A stretch of DNA of 46,355 bases. Origin: an uncultured Gemmatimonadota bacterium (lineage in GTDB: Bacteria > Gemmatimonadota > Gemmatimonadetes > Palauibacterales > KS3-K002). The notes under the pieces were generated by a model. That model was not told the DNA's origin. It saw only the letters and a list, made by a program, of their open reading frames with translations, and did not search any database. This document shows, piece after piece, positions 9,020-19,266 of the stretch. The stretch's first letter is position 1, and every line of letters begins with the position of its first letter. The position numbers and the translations under genes were made by a program. The stretch spans positions 1-46,355 of the forward strand of contig CAYFXF010000005.1 in the NCBI GenBank assembly GCA_964347085.1. The letters are read 5' to 3'.

Positions 9020-9432
9020 AACGGCTGATTCTCATCGGGCTGGCGGTCGCAATGGCCGCGTTGCTGTACGCGACGCTGGGCGATCGCATCGGATTGGAGG
9101 GGCTGTTGGGCCGCTACGGCTCGGGCCAGCGTCTGCCCGCGCTTCGCAGCCAGGAGATCCCGATCCGCTACCCGGCTCACCTGTGGCGCGCGGACGTCGA
9201 GGGCGAGGTGCTGTTACGCGTGCACATCACGGAGACAGGCGCGGTCGATTCGGTGGAGCTGGGTCAGTCGAGCGGGCACACAGTGCTGGACGGCATCGCG
9301 TTGGAGGGCGCGAAGCTGCTCGAGTTCTACCCGGCTGAGAAGGGCGAGCAGGCGGTGGCAGTCTGGGCCGAGTTACCCATCCGCTTCCAGAAGGGCTCGG
9401 CGAGCGCCGCGCCGGAGGAGAAGGAACGATGA
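9016..9432 (+). CDS. Energy transducer TonB-family C-terminal domain protein (short, membrane anchored)
   Basis: N-terminal TM helix plus TonB_C-like YPAHLWRADVEGEVLLRVHITETGAVDSVEL...LDGIALEGAKLLEFYP. The GTG start overlaps the mutS stop (GTGA). Confidence 0.7.
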   Translation: MKRLILIGLAVAMAALLYATLGDRIGLEGLLGRYGSGQRLPALRSQEIPIRYPAHLWRADVEGEVLLRVHITETGAVDSVELGQSSGHTVLDGIALEGAKLLEFYPAEKGEQAVAVWAELPIRFQKGSASAAPEEKER

Positions 9433-10832
9433 CGAGTCGAGTGCCGCCACCCCACGCGCGGCCCTACAAGACAGTGCTCGAGACGATCGGCTGGACGCCG
9501 CTCATCCGACTCAACCGGGTCGTCGCGAACGCGGCGACACCGGTCTACGGCAAGGCCGAGTTCATGAACCCAGGCGGCTCCGTCAAGGACAGAATCGGCA
9601 TCGCGATGATCGAGGCGGCCGAAGCCGCCGGGACCTTGAAGCCCGGGGGTGTGATCGTCGAGGGCACTGCGGGGAACACCGGTGTCGGCCTAGCGATCGC
9701 CGCCTGCGTCAAGGGATACCGCTGCATCTTCACCATGCCCGACAAGTTCAGCCAGGAGAAGATCCGGCTGATGCGGGCTTTCGGCGCTGACGTGATCACC
9801 ACGCCCTCCGCGGTGCCGCCCGACCACCCGGAGAACTATCTGAACGTGGCACGCCGCATCGTCGAGGAGACACCAGGCGCGGTGATGGCCGACCAGTTCT
9901 ACAACGAGGCCAACCCGGAGGCGCACTACTTGACCACGGGGCCCGAGATCTGGCGGCAGACCGAAGGGCGGCTCACCCACTTCGTCGGCGCTGCGGGCAC
10001 CGGGGGCACCGTGACCGGGGTCGCGCGCTATCTCAAGGAGCAGAACCCCCGCGTAAGGGTGATTACTGCCGACCCGCAGGGGTCGATCTACACCCACTAC
10101 TACGAGACCCGCGAGATCGGCCCGTATGCGCCCTACAAGGTGGAGGGCGCCGGAAACGACAAGATCCCCAGCACGCTCGACTTCGATCTCGTCGATGAAT
10201 TCCGGGCCGTGGTAGACCGCGACTCCTTCGCCATGGCGCGCCGCCTCACCCGTGAGGAAGGGCTGTTCGTCGGGAGCACCACGGGGCTCATCGTACATGT
10301 GGCGGTCCAGCTGGCCCAGGAACTGGACGACCCGGACGCGATGATCGTCTGCCTGCTGTGCGATACGGGCGAGCGTTATCTGTCGAAGCTCTATAACGAC
10401 GAGTGGATGCGGGAGAACCGCTTACTGGTCGATGAAACGCCGACTGTCGAGGCGGTCCTGCGCCAGAAGGTGGGGGAGACGCCGCCGCTGATCTCCGTAC
10501 TGCCGACCACGGTTGTCCGCGAGGCGCTGCAGCTCATCGAGGAGTACAATGTCTCGCAGTTGCCGGTAATCGTGAACGGCGACTGTGTCGGCAGCGTTTC
10601 CGAGACCACCCTCATGGCGCGGCTGCTCGAGAACCCGAACTTCATCGAAGAGTCGGTGGACGACCTGATGGGTCCGCCCCTCCCAACCGTCGATTCACTG
10701 GCGGACTTGGACGCGGTCACCCGAGAGCTTATCGCCGGCTGGCCGGCCGTTCTCGTCCGCCGCGCCGGCCAGCCGACCGGGATCATCACACGCTTCGATG
10801 TGGTTCATTACCTAACCGGGCTCGGATTCTGA
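9429..10832 (+). CDS. Cystathionine beta-synthase-like PLP enzyme (CysK/CBS fold plus C-terminal CBS-domain pair)
   Basis: PLP-lysine motif NPGGSVKDRIG, glycine loop GTGGTVTGV, and a C-terminal tandem CBS-domain region. ATGA overlap with the upstream gene. Confidence 0.85.
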   Translation: MTSRVPPPHARPYKTVLETIGWTPLIRLNRVVANAATPVYGKAEFMNPGGSVKDRIGIAMIEAAEAAGTLKPGGVIVEGTAGNTGVGLAIAACVKGYRCIFTMPDKFSQEKIRLMRAFGADVITTPSAVPPDHPENYLNVARRIVEETPGAVMADQFYNEANPEAHYLTTGPEIWRQTEGRLTHFVGAAGTGGTVTGVARYLKEQNPRVRVITADPQGSIYTHYYETREIGPYAPYKVEGAGNDKIPSTLDFDLVDEFRAVVDRDSFAMARRLTREEGLFVGSTTGLIVHVAVQLAQELDDPDAMIVCLLCDTGERYLSKLYNDEWMRENRLLVDETPTVEAVLRQKVGETPPLISVLPTTVVREALQLIEEYNVSQLPVIVNGDCVGSVSETTLMARLLENPNFIEESVDDLMGPPLPTVDSLADLDAVTRELIAGWPAVLVRRAGQPTGIITRFDVVHYLTGLGF

Positions 10833-10848
10833 TCGTCAGGGGCCATTC

Positions 10849-11889
10849 GTGAAGATCGCGGTGTTGATGGGGGGGACGAGCGCTGAGCGGGACGTGTCGC
10901 TCGCGACGGGCCGCGAGATCACGCGGGCGTTGCGTGCACAGGGGCACGACGTCGTGGCCATCGATACCGCGAACGGCCAGCTGCTCGAGGCCGCCGGGAC
11001 GCACGCTCAAACCTCGGGTGAGATCGGGCGGACGCCACCTGCCATGGACGCGTTGGATCACTTGTCGGGCGGCCAGCTGGCGCGCCGGCTGGATGACCTG
11101 CGGGCGGAACTGACGCCGGAGGTCGTCTTCATCGCTCTGCACGGCGGGGCCGGTGAGGACGGCCACCTTCAGGCGGTCCTGGATCTGATCGGCACCCCCT
11201 ACACCGGGAGCGGCTCACTTGGGAGCGCCCTGGCGATGGACAAGCTGGTCTCGAAGCAGCTCTTCACAAGCGCTGGCATACCCACGCCGCCCTGGTTGGT
11301 CGCAGCGGTCGAGGCGGCGGAGGTGGAGCGTGTGCTGGGCGGATTCCCAGTAGTCGTAAAGCCTTCCCACGAGGGTTCGACCGTGGGGGTGAGCGTGGTG
11401 CGCTCGGCGGCGGAGCTCGCGGCGGCTCTCGAACGGGCCGGGCGCTTCAGCGGGTTGCCGCTGGTTGAGAAGTTCATCCCGGGTCGCGAGTTGGCTGTAG
11501 CTGTTCTGGGGGGAGAGGCGTTACCGATCGTGGAGATCCGCCCTAGCCACGACATCTACGACTACGAGTGCAAGTACACGAAGGGGATGACGCAGTACGA
11601 GGTGCCGGCGCCGCTCTCAGCGCAGATCACCGAGGAGGTCCAGAGCCTGGCGGTCCGGGCGCATCGGTTGCTCCGCTTGGCGGGCTACAGTCGCGTCGAT
11701 TTCCGGCTCGACCAGCGCAGCCGCCCCTGGTGCCTGGAGGCGAACTCGTTGCCCGGCATGACCGCCACCAGCCTCTTGCCCAAGGCGGCCGCCGCGACGG
11801 GCCTCTCTTTCGAGCAGCTCTGTGAGCGCATCGTCCGTCTGGCGGTCGCGCCGCGCGACGACGGGAACTCGCTGGATGCTGGGGGTTAG
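10849..11889 (+). CDS. ddl: D-alanine--D-alanine ligase
   Basis: KIAVLMGGTSAERDVSLATG N-terminus, an ATP-grasp core, and C-terminal EANSLPGMT. Confidence 0.9.
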   Translation: MKIAVLMGGTSAERDVSLATGREITRALRAQGHDVVAIDTANGQLLEAAGTHAQTSGEIGRTPPAMDALDHLSGGQLARRLDDLRAELTPEVVFIALHGGAGEDGHLQAVLDLIGTPYTGSGSLGSALAMDKLVSKQLFTSAGIPTPPWLVAAVEAAEVERVLGGFPVVVKPSHEGSTVGVSVVRSAAELAAALERAGRFSGLPLVEKFIPGRELAVAVLGGEALPIVEIRPSHDIYDYECKYTKGMTQYEVPAPLSAQITEEVQSLAVRAHRLLRLAGYSRVDFRLDQRSRPWCLEANSLPGMTATSLLPKAAAATGLSFEQLCERIVRLAVAPRDDGNSLDAGG

Positions 11890-11940
11890 GGAACGGAGGC
11901 GGCTAGCGGGAGCGTGAGACGAGCGTCAAGTTGAAGGGTA

Positions 11941-12786
11941 GTGATGTATCGTAGCGGATTTGGACCGTTCGCTTTCCAATTGACCCGCTGGGTAAAAGGT
12001 CTCATCGCGGTCAACGTGGTGTTGTACATCCTTCTCTGGTCCGGTGCGATTCCCTTCCAATTCGCGATCGATTACCTCGGCTTCAACGTCGCACAGGCCA
12101 TCAAGGAGCCGTGGACGATCATCACGTATATGTTCGTCCACGCCGGCTTCTTCCACGTCCTGCTCAACATGCTGATGCTCTTCTTCTTCGGGCCGCCGCT
12201 CGAGGCGCGCTGGGGCGGGAAGGAGTTCATCAAGTACTACATGATCTGTGGGGTCGGGGGTGCCCTGTTCACCCTGGTCTTCGGCGGTGGCACGATCGTG
12301 GGCGCTTCCGGCGCGGTATTCGGCGTCATGCTCGCTTACGCGCTCAACTGGCCGAACAGCCTGATCTGGATCTACGCGATCTTTCCGGTCAAGGCCAAGT
12401 ACGTCGTCCTCTTCCTGGGCGCGCTCTCGTTCTTCTCGGCCTTCGCGGGCGCCTCGGACGGGATCGCCCACTTCGCGCATCTCGGCGGTCTCGTGGTGGG
12501 TTATGTCTACCTGAAGAAAGGTTGGCAGGTCGAGGCGCGCTGGGCCGACCTGCGGCGACGCCTGCGTCGACGCAAGCTGAGGGTCGTAGAGGGCGGATCG
12601 TCCGGCGGCCCGACCCGTGCGGGACGCGGCAAGCGTGATGATGAGGAAACGCGGCTCCTCGAGGTCGTGGACAAGCTGCTCGACAAGATCGCCGACCACG
12701 GGATCGACTCGCTGACCGCGGAGGAGCGCCGCTTCCTGGACGAGGTTTCGCGGCGGCGGCAAGCGAGCCAACAGGTGAGGCACTAA
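11941..12786 (+). CDS. Rhomboid family intramembrane serine protease with a basic/helical C-terminal extension
   Basis: Catalytic GASGAVFG and HFAHLGGLVVG motifs with multiple TM helices. The start is GTG 11941 or ATG 11944. Confidence 0.85.
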   Translation: MMYRSGFGPFAFQLTRWVKGLIAVNVVLYILLWSGAIPFQFAIDYLGFNVAQAIKEPWTIITYMFVHAGFFHVLLNMLMLFFFGPPLEARWGGKEFIKYYMICGVGGALFTLVFGGGTIVGASGAVFGVMLAYALNWPNSLIWIYAIFPVKAKYVVLFLGALSFFSAFAGASDGIAHFAHLGGLVVGYVYLKKGWQVEARWADLRRRLRRRKLRVVEGGSSGGPTRAGRGKRDDEETRLLEVVDKLLDKIADHGIDSLTAEERRFLDEVSRRRQASQQVRH

Positions 12787-12839
12787 GCGCGGAGCCAGAG
12801 GGGCGCGGCGGCCAGATCGGCCGTTGCTCAGGCAGGGGG

Positions 12840-12873
12840 GCGGCCCCGGAGGATGCTCCGGGGCCGCTTTGTT
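12840..12873 (+). terminator. Rho-independent terminator after the rhomboid gene
   Basis: Perfect 12-bp stem GCGGCCCCGGAG / CTCCGGGGCCGC with loop GATG, followed by TTTGTT. Confidence 0.7.
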
Positions 12874-12902
12874 GGGGCGGATCTTTTGGGCAGCGGGCGT
12901 CC

Positions 12903-12931
12903 TTGACGGGGTCGGTCGTGCAAAATACGAT
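12903..12931 (+). promoter_or_regulatory. Sigma-70-like promoter TTGACG-N17-TACGAT for the EF-G paralogue
   Basis: TTGACG at 12903-12908, a 17-nt spacer, TACGAT at 12926-12931. AGGGAGG (12961-12967) and TTG 12974 follow. Confidence 0.5.
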
Positions 12932-12973
12932 TGCGGTCCACACCACGACTTAGCACAGTCAGGGAGGCGGCAC

Positions 12974-15070
12974 TTGACAGCCAAAACCTTCAGTACCGAT
13001 GCCATTCGCAACATCGTCTTCCTCGGACACGGCGGCACCGGGAAGACGACGCTCGTCGACGCGCTCCACTTCGCCTCCGGGATGACGAATCGCAAGGGTT
13101 CGATCGGCGAAGGCACGACGGTCACCGATACCACGCCTGAGGAGAAGGAGCGGGGGATCAGCATCAGCGCTGCGGTCACCCATGCGATTTGGAGGGATAC
13201 GAAGCTGAACCTGATCGACACGCCGGGCTACCTCGACTTCGCTGGAGAGGCCAAGGCCGGCGTGCGGGTCGCGGACGGCGCGGTCGTCCTGGTCGACGGG
13301 ACGAGCGGTGTGCTGGTCGGCACGGAGAACGTCTGGGAGTACTGCGAAGAACGCGGCATACCGCGGCTGTTCGTCGTTTCGATGATCGACAAAGAGAACG
13401 CCAACTTCGACTCGGTGCTCGCGGAGATTCGCGAAGATTTCTCGAAGGACGCCGTAGCGCTCGAGATCCCCATCGGATCAGGTGAAGCGTTCAAGGGCAC
13501 GATCGACCTCCTGTCGGGCCGAGTGCGCGCGGCCGACCCGAAGTCGAACAAGGGTGAATACAAGGAGACCGAGGTGCCCGCCGAGCTGAAGGGTAGATAC
13601 GAGGAGGCCTACCAGGAACTGATCGAAGCGATCGCGGTGACCGACGACTCCTTGCTGGAGCAGTTCCTCGAGGGCGACACGATCGAGCCAAGGCGGGCGG
13701 CGGAGGCGCTGAAGGCGGCGATGAAGGGCGGCCAGCTGTTCCCGGTGATGTGCGCTTCGCCGGAGAGGGGGTGGGGTGTGCGCAGCCTGCTGGACCGCTC
13801 GATCGAGATCATGCCGAACCCGGCGGAGGCCAAGCCGGAGGTGGCGCGGCGCGGTGAGGAAGCGGTGGAGCTCGGTGCGGCGGACGGCGGGCCGCTCGCC
13901 GCGCTGGTGTTCAAGACCACCTCGGAGCCTCACGTGGGCGAGCTTTCCTACTTCCGGATCTTCTCCGGCTCGCTGAGCACCGGCGCCTCGGCGCAGAACA
14001 CCACGAGGGGAGCGATCGAGAAGCTGGGTCACCTGGCGATTCCGGTCGCTAAAGACCGGACGGAGGTGGAGGTGCTACATTGCGGTGACATCGGCGTCGT
14101 GGCCAAGCTGCGCGACACCCACACCGGTGACACGCTCGCCGCCGAGGGCGATTCGCTCGCTCTATCCGGAATCGAGTTCCCTGCGGCCGACATCGCGGTG
14201 GCCGTCAAGTCCGCCAAGCGTGGCGATGAGGACAAGGTCTCCACCGGTCTGCACAAGATTCACGAAGAGGACCCGACCTTCAGCGCCGCATACGATCCGG
14301 AGCTCGGGCAGACGATCGCCCGCGGCCTCGGCGAGATGCATTTGGAAGTCGCGATCGAACGGCTGAAGCGGCGCTACGGGGTGGAGGTCATCACCGAGCC
14401 GCCGCGCATCCCTTATCGCGAGACCATCACCAAACAGGCGGAGGGTCAGGGCCGCTACAAGAAGCAGACCGGTGGCCGCGGCCAGTACGGCGACTGCTGG
14501 ATCCGCTTGCACCCGATGCCGCGAGGAAGCGGCTACGAGTTCAAGAACAGCGTGGTCGGCGGCGTCATCCCCGGAAAGTTCGTCCCCTCAGTGGACAAGG
14601 GGGTCCAGGAGGCGGCGACCAGGGGCGTCGTCGCGGGGTATCCGGTGGTCGACTTCAAGGCAGAGGTCTACGACGGCTCTCACCATTCCGTCGACTCGTC
14701 GGACATCGCCTTCAAGGTGGCCGGGTCGCTGGCGTTCAAGAGCGTAGCGCAGTCGGCCGGCCCGGTGCTGCTGGAGCCCGTGTACGAGGTCGAGATCACC
14801 GTGCCGGACGAGTACATGGGCGACGTGATCGGCGATCTGAATCAGCGGCGCGGCCGGATCCTGGGGATGGAGCAGCGCGGCAAGAAGCAGGTCGTACGGG
14901 CGCACGTGCCGCTGGCCGAGTTGCACAAGTACTCCTCGACCCTGCGATCCATCACTCAGGGCCGCGGTAGCCACAAGAGGACGTTCTTTGCCCACGAGGA
15001 AGTGCCCGCTCAGATCATCGAGAAGATCATTGAGGCGGCGGAGGCCGAGCAGGAGGCGGCGAAGGCCTAG
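12974..15070 (+). CDS. Elongation factor G paralogue (divergent G domain)
   Basis: Five-domain EF-G layout: P-loop GHGGTGKTT, RGISI, DTPGYLDF, domain IV GSHHSVDSSDIAFKVAG, domain V. TTG 12974 has a strong SD 6 nt upstream. The 12824 start in the ORF track would add 50 non-homologous residues. Confidence 0.85.
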   Translation: MTAKTFSTDAIRNIVFLGHGGTGKTTLVDALHFASGMTNRKGSIGEGTTVTDTTPEEKERGISISAAVTHAIWRDTKLNLIDTPGYLDFAGEAKAGVRVADGAVVLVDGTSGVLVGTENVWEYCEERGIPRLFVVSMIDKENANFDSVLAEIREDFSKDAVALEIPIGSGEAFKGTIDLLSGRVRAADPKSNKGEYKETEVPAELKGRYEEAYQELIEAIAVTDDSLLEQFLEGDTIEPRRAAEALKAAMKGGQLFPVMCASPERGWGVRSLLDRSIEIMPNPAEAKPEVARRGEEAVELGAADGGPLAALVFKTTSEPHVGELSYFRIFSGSLSTGASAQNTTRGAIEKLGHLAIPVAKDRTEVEVLHCGDIGVVAKLRDTHTGDTLAAEGDSLALSGIEFPAADIAVAVKSAKRGDEDKVSTGLHKIHEEDPTFSAAYDPELGQTIARGLGEMHLEVAIERLKRRYGVEVITEPPRIPYRETITKQAEGQGRYKKQTGGRGQYGDCWIRLHPMPRGSGYEFKNSVVGGVIPGKFVPSVDKGVQEAATRGVVAGYPVVDFKAEVYDGSHHSVDSSDIAFKVAGSLAFKSVAQSAGPVLLEPVYEVEITVPDEYMGDVIGDLNQRRGRILGMEQRGKKQVVRAHVPLAELHKYSSTLRSITQGRGSHKRTFFAHEEVPAQIIEKIIEAAEAEQEAAKA

Positions 15071-15078
15071 TTCGCAGT

Positions 15079-15107
15079 TTGATCGGTCTACTTCCGCCGT
15101 CTATATT
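15079..15107 (+). promoter_or_regulatory. Sigma-70-like promoter TTGATC-N17-TATATT upstream of yebC
   Basis: TTGATC at 15079-15084, a 17-nt spacer, TATATT at 15102-15107. GGGAGG lies at 15153-15158 and the ATG at 15168. Confidence 0.5.
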
Positions 15108-15167
15108 CTTCGGACAAGAAGCGCACCTTAACGGCCCTCGAACCCTGCTGTTGGGAGGCGTCCGTCC

Positions 15168-15926
15168 ATGGCCGGCCACAGCAAGTGGTCGCAGATCAAG
15201 CGCAAGAAGGCGGCGGAGGACAGCAAGCGCGGCAAACTGTTCGGCAAGCTGATCCGCGAGATCACTGTGGCTGCCCGCGAGGGCGGCGGTGATCCGGACG
15301 GCAACCCCTGGCTGCGTACGGCGATCGACAACGCCAAGGCGGCCAACATGCCGAAGGACAACATCGAGAAGGCCGTGCTACGTGGCATCGGCAAGCTGCC
15401 CGGCGTGTCCTTCGAAGAAGTGACGTATGAAGGGTACGGGCCCGGAGGTGTCGCGATCCTCGTGGAGGCTGTCACCGACAACACCAACCGAACGGTTGCC
15501 GACGTCCGCCGTCGGCTCGAGCGCCAGGGCGGCAGCCTGGGCCGGGACGGGTCGGTGGCGTGGAACTTCGAGCGCAAGGGCCAGATCCTGATCGATGCGA
15601 ACCGGTACGACGAGGAAGCGGCGTTGGAGGCCGCGCTCGATGCCGGGGCCGACGATCTAGAGCGTGAGGGCGACGCCTACGTCGTGACGACCGAGCCGTC
15701 GAGCTTCCATGCAGTTCGGGCAGCGCTGCGCGAGGCGGGGCTCGAGATTCAGGAGGCCCGGCTGGCGATGATCCCAAAGAGCACGGTGCGGGTGGAGGGA
15801 CGTGATGCCGAGAAGCTCTTGGCGCTGCTGGAGGCGCTCGAAGACCTCGACGACGTGCAGCAGGTCTACTCCAACCTCGACATCGACGAGGCGCTGCTGG
15901 CGGAACTGGCCGGGGCCGGTCGATAA
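15168..15926 (+). CDS. YebC/PmpR family DNA-binding transcriptional regulator
   Basis: Hallmark N-terminus MAGHSKWSQIKRKKAAEDSKRGKLFGKLIREI. Length of 252 aa. Located upstream of ruvC, as in many bacteria. Confidence 0.9.
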   Translation: MAGHSKWSQIKRKKAAEDSKRGKLFGKLIREITVAAREGGGDPDGNPWLRTAIDNAKAANMPKDNIEKAVLRGIGKLPGVSFEEVTYEGYGPGGVAILVEAVTDNTNRTVADVRRRLERQGGSLGRDGSVAWNFERKGQILIDANRYDEEAALEAALDAGADDLEREGDAYVVTTEPSSFHAVRAALREAGLEIQEARLAMIPKSTVRVEGRDAEKLLALLEALEDLDDVQQVYSNLDIDEALLAELAGAGR

Positions 15927-16031
15927 GGGTGGAGCTGCGCGAGCGGGCCGGCCGCTAGCCGGTCCGCGACTCGGCTCCCGGTCGGTCGATTGTGGCGGAG
16001 CGCGGGCCCTGCGGCGGAGCGGAGCCTGGCG

Positions 16032-16553
16032 ATGATCGTCTTGGGCGTGGATCCGGGCACTCGGGTGACGGGCTATGGCGTCGTGGCGGAAGCGGAGGAT
16101 CGGCGTTTGAGGCTCGTCGAATGCGGTGCGGTCCGTCCGTCCGCCGGACGGCCGCTGGCTGAACGCCTGCTGGAGGTCTTCGAGGGCGTGACCGCGGTGA
16201 TCGAGAGAGCGCGCCCCGACGTTCTCTGCGTCGAGGGCGTTTTCTATGGCCGCAACGTGCGCACGGCACTGGTGCTCGGGCAGGCGCGCGGCGCCGTGTT
16301 GCTCGCCGCCGCACAGGGGGGTATCCCGGTGGCGGAATACCCGCCGGCGGAGGTCAAGAGCACGGTGGCGGGGACGGGCCGGGCGGGAAAGGATCAGCTG
16401 GCTTTCATGGTCCAGGAACATCTGGGCCTGGAACGACCGCCCACACCAGAGGACGCCGCGGACGGCGTAGCCCTGGCGCTCTGCCATCTCTTCCACTGCC
16501 GGCTGGGGCGCCGGGCGCGCGGGGGCGGCGTTGGACGGAAACACGATGATTAG
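16032..16553 (+). CDS. ruvC: Crossover junction endodeoxyribonuclease RuvC
   Basis: MIVLGVDPGTRVTGYGVV N-terminus with an RNase H-like fold pattern. ATG 16032 lies within the longer ORF. Confidence 0.9.
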   Translation: MIVLGVDPGTRVTGYGVVAEAEDRRLRLVECGAVRPSAGRPLAERLLEVFEGVTAVIERARPDVLCVEGVFYGRNVRTALVLGQARGAVLLAAAQGGIPVAEYPPAEVKSTVAGTGRAGKDQLAFMVQEHLGLERPPTPEDAADGVALALCHLFHCRLGRRARGGGVGRKHDD

Positions 16554-17139
16554 CCGGATCCGCGGGGTTCTCGTTCATAAGGAGATCGACCGGGTAGAAA
16601 TCGCCACCGACGCTGGGGTGACTTACGAGCTGTCGATACCCGCCTCGCTGTTCGAAAGCTTGCCGGCCCTGGGTGTGGAAACCCAGCTCCACGTTGCGCT
16701 GCTCGCACGTGAGGATGGCTACGAGCTCTTCGGCTTCCGTAACGAGCTGGAGCGGCAGCTTTTTCTGCGGCTCAGGTCCGCTTCCGGTATCGGGCCGCGC
16801 CTGGCGCTCACGCTGCTCGGCTCGATGAGCACAGCACAGCTGGTCGGCGCGATCCGCAGCCGGGATCTGGGGCGCTTGCAGACTGTGAGCGGTGTCGGCA
16901 GGAGGAAAGCGGAGAGGATAGCCGTGGAGCTGGCCGACAAGCTGGAGGACATGGTCGCGGCCGCTGCAGCCGTAGAGCCCGAGGCAGCGCTCGTCGAGTC
17001 CGCCGTCTCTGCGCTTCTCGCGTTGGGCTACTCGCGGGCGCAGGCGGAGAGTGCGGTGCGTGTCGTGCTCAGAAACCGTGACGGAGCTCAGTTGGAGGTT
17101 GAGGCACTGGTGAGGGAAGCGCTGGCGGCGATGTCATGA
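16546..17139 (+). CDS. ruvA: Holliday junction branch migration protein RuvA
   Basis: MISRIRGVL...[14 protein letters not shown]-terminus and a helix-hairpin-helix region ([24 protein letters not shown]). It overlaps ruvC by 8 nt. Confidence 0.9.
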   Translation: MISRIRGVLVHKEIDRVEIATDAGVTYELSIPASLFESLPALGVETQLHVALLAREDGYELFGFRNELERQLFLRLRSASGIGPRLALTLLGSMSTAQLVGAIRSRDLGRLQTVSGVGRRKAERIAVELADKLEDMVAAAAAVEPEAALVESAVSALLALGYSRAQAESAVRVVLRNRDGAQLEVEALVREALAAMS

Positions 17140-18173
17140 GCACTGAGATCACGACGCCGAGGCGACTGGACGGTGAAGGGATGAGCGAAGCCGCCCTGCG
17201 GCCGCAGCGGATGAGTGAGTTCGTGGGCCAGCAGAAGGTGAAGGAGAGCCTTTCCATCTACATCGCGGCGACCCTCGGGCGAAAGGAGCCTCTCGATCAC
17301 ACGCTGTTCTACGGGCCGCCCGGGCTCGGCAAGACGACGCTCGCGCTGCTCATCGCCAACGAGCTGGGCGTCGACATCAAGACGACCTCGGGTCCGGCAC
17401 TGGAAAGACCCGGCGATCTGGTATCGGCGCTGACCAACCTGAAGGAAGGCGACGTCCTGTTCATCGATGAGATCCACCGGCTCCGCCCGGTGATCGAGGA
17501 GTTCCTCTACCCGGCGATGGAGGACTTCCGCATCGAGATCCGTCTGGGCGAGGGACCGAAGGTGCAGACGATTACGATGAGGCTCGAGCGCTTTACACTG
17601 ATCGGTGCGACGACGCGCTTCGGGTTGCTCACGCCACCGATGCGGGCGCGCTTCGGCGTGGTGGAGCGGCTGGGCTACTACCCGACCGACGAGCTGCGTC
17701 AGATCGTCCTGCGCTCGGCGGGCATCCTCGCGGTCGACATCGACGAGGACGGGGCAGAGGAGATCGCGCGCCGCTCGCGCGGCACCCCTCGCATCGCCAA
17801 TCGGCTGCTTCGACGCGTGCGAGATTACGCCGAGGTCAAGGCGGACGGCCGAGTCTCTCGGGCCGTGGCTGAGGCGGCGCTGCATATGCTCAACGTGGAT
17901 GAGTACGGACTCGAGCAGATGGATGCGCGAATGCTGCGTCTGATCATCGAGGATTTCGACGGCGGGCCGGTCGGTCTGCAAAGCCTCGCCGTGGCGCTCG
18001 GCGAAGAGGCCGATACCCTCGAGGAGGTGTACGAGCCGTACCTTATCCAAAACGGGCTGCTGCAAAGGACGGCGCGCGGGCGCATGGCGACGCCGAAGGC
18101 CTACCGCCGGTTCGGCTACGACCTGCCGCCGGGTGCGGAGGACCAGCAAGGTCGGCTGTTCGGGAATGACTAA
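17136..18173 (+). CDS. ruvB: Holliday junction branch migration DNA helicase RuvB
   Basis: [17 protein letters not shown] and Walker [14 protein letters not shown] overlap with ruvA. Confidence 0.95.
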   Translation: MSTEITTPRRLDGEGMSEAALRPQRMSEFVGQQKVKESLSIYIAATLGRKEPLDHTLFYGPPGLGKTTLALLIANELGVDIKTTSGPALERPGDLVSALTNLKEGDVLFIDEIHRLRPVIEEFLYPAMEDFRIEIRLGEGPKVQTITMRLERFTLIGATTRFGLLTPPMRARFGVVERLGYYPTDELRQIVLRSAGILAVDIDEDGAEEIARRSRGTPRIANRLLRRVRDYAEVKADGRVSRAVAEAALHMLNVDEYGLEQMDARMLRLIIEDFDGGPVGLQSLAVALGEEADTLEEVYEPYLIQNGLLQRTARGRMATPKAYRRFGYDLPPGAEDQQGRLFGND

Positions 18174-19266
18174 GCCGACGAGCTCTATGCGGGACGCAGG
18201 GCCGTCGCTAGCTCGGAAAAAGCCGGGTGAGCGGCTCTGCACCGCTGACTTCGATTACCCGCTCGACGAGACGCGCATCGCGCAGCGACCCCTGCAGGAG
18301 CGCGACGCGAGCCGACTCCTGGTCGTCCGTCGCGGAGAGGCCGCTTTCGAGGAACGGACGTTCAGAGACCTTCCCGATCTTATCACGCCGGGCGACGTCG
18401 TCGTCCTCAACGACACACTCGTCTTCCCGGCCCGACTCACGGGACGCAAGCCGACGGGTGCGGTAGCCGAGGTGCTGCTCGTCGCTCCGCTGGATGGGGA
18501 CGCCTCTCGCTGGCACGCGCTGGTGCGCCCGGGTGGCAAGCTGAAGCCAGGGCGGGCCGTCGAGATCGGAGAGGAGCTGAAGGTCGAGATCGAAGGGCCC
18601 GCCCCAGGCGGTGCACGGATCGTGCGCCTCTCTACCCCGCTCTCGCCCTGGCAGGCCATCGCCCGCTACGGTCATGTCCCACTTCCGCCCTACATCCGCC
18701 GCTCTGACGATACGAGTGACCGCTACCGCTATCAGACGGTGTATGCCCGGAAGCGTGGGAGTGTGGCGGCGCCGACGGCAGGCCTCCATTTCAGCGAGCG
18801 GCTGCTCGGCGAGATTGCGGCCCGGGCGATCCATGTGGCCCAGGTGACCCTTCACGTAGGTCCGGGCACCTTCCGGCCGCTAGAGGTGGACGACCCGGCC
18901 GAGCACCACCTGGATGGAGAGTGGTATCAGGTGAGCGAAGCGGCCGCGGAGGCGGTCAACCGGGGCCGGGCTCGTGGGGGCGCGATCTGGGCGGTGGGGA
19001 CGACGGCGGTACGGGCATTGGAGAGCGCCGCTGACGAGACCGGACGGCTGCGGCCGCAACAGGGCACCACCGAGCTGTTTGTGCGACCGGGGTATCGGTT
19101 CCGAGTCGTGGATCGTCTGATCACCAACTTCCACCTGCCACGCTCTACCCTGCTTCTGCTGGTCGCGGCGTTCGCAGGCTACGAGCGAACGATGGCCGCC
19201 TATCAACACGCGCTCGACCACGGGTACCGGTTCTACTCGTATGGCGACGCGATGGTGGTGATATGA
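18166..19266 (+). CDS. queA: tRNA preQ1(34) S-adenosylmethionine ribosyltransferase-isomerase QueA
   Basis: [15 protein letters not shown]...[19 protein letters not shown], and C-terminal [11 protein letters not shown] 18166 overlaps the end of ruvB; ATG 18187 is an alternative start. Confidence 0.9.
   Translation: MTKPTSSMRDAGPSLARKKPGERLCTADFDYPLDETRIAQRPLQERDASRLLVVRRGEAAFEERTFRDLPDLITPGDVVVLNDTLVFPARLTGRKPTGAVAEVLLVAPLDGDASRWHALVRPGGKLKPGRAVEIGEELKVEIEGPAPGGARIVRLSTPLSPWQAIARYGHVPLPPYIRRSDDTSDRYRYQTVYARKRGSVAAPTAGLHFSERLLGEIAARAIHVAQVTLHVGPGTFRPLEVDDPAEHHLDGEWYQVSEAAAEAVNRGRARGGAIWAVGTTAVRALESAADETGRLRPQQGTTELFVRPGYRFRVVDRLITNFHLPRSTLLLLVAAFAGYERTMAAYQHALDHGYRFYSYGDAMVVI

Noticed and set aside
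12824-12973. Upstream start for the EF-G paralogue given by the ORF track.
   Set aside because: It would run through the predicted promoter (12903-12931) and add 50 non-homologous residues. TTG 12974 has an AGGGAGG SD 6 nt upstream, and the G domain begins right after it.
11926-13221. 431-aa ORF on the minus strand. Similar long antisense ORFs occur at 17088-18242, 38053-39108, 15657-16544, 20583-21407 and 7940-8809.
   Set aside because: Each lies fully antisense to a well-supported + strand gene (rhomboid/EF-G, ruvB, lipid kinase, ruvC, def/fmt, mutS). Their translations are Arg/Pro/Ser/Ala-rich low-complexity sequence with no recognisable motifs. This is the usual shadow-ORF artefact of GC-rich DNA.
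15927-16031. Hairpin GCGGGCCGGC-CGCTA-GCCGGTCCGC after yebC, considered as a terminator.
   Set aside because: No T-tract follows it, and ruvC is commonly co-transcribed with yebC. I cannot support a terminator call.
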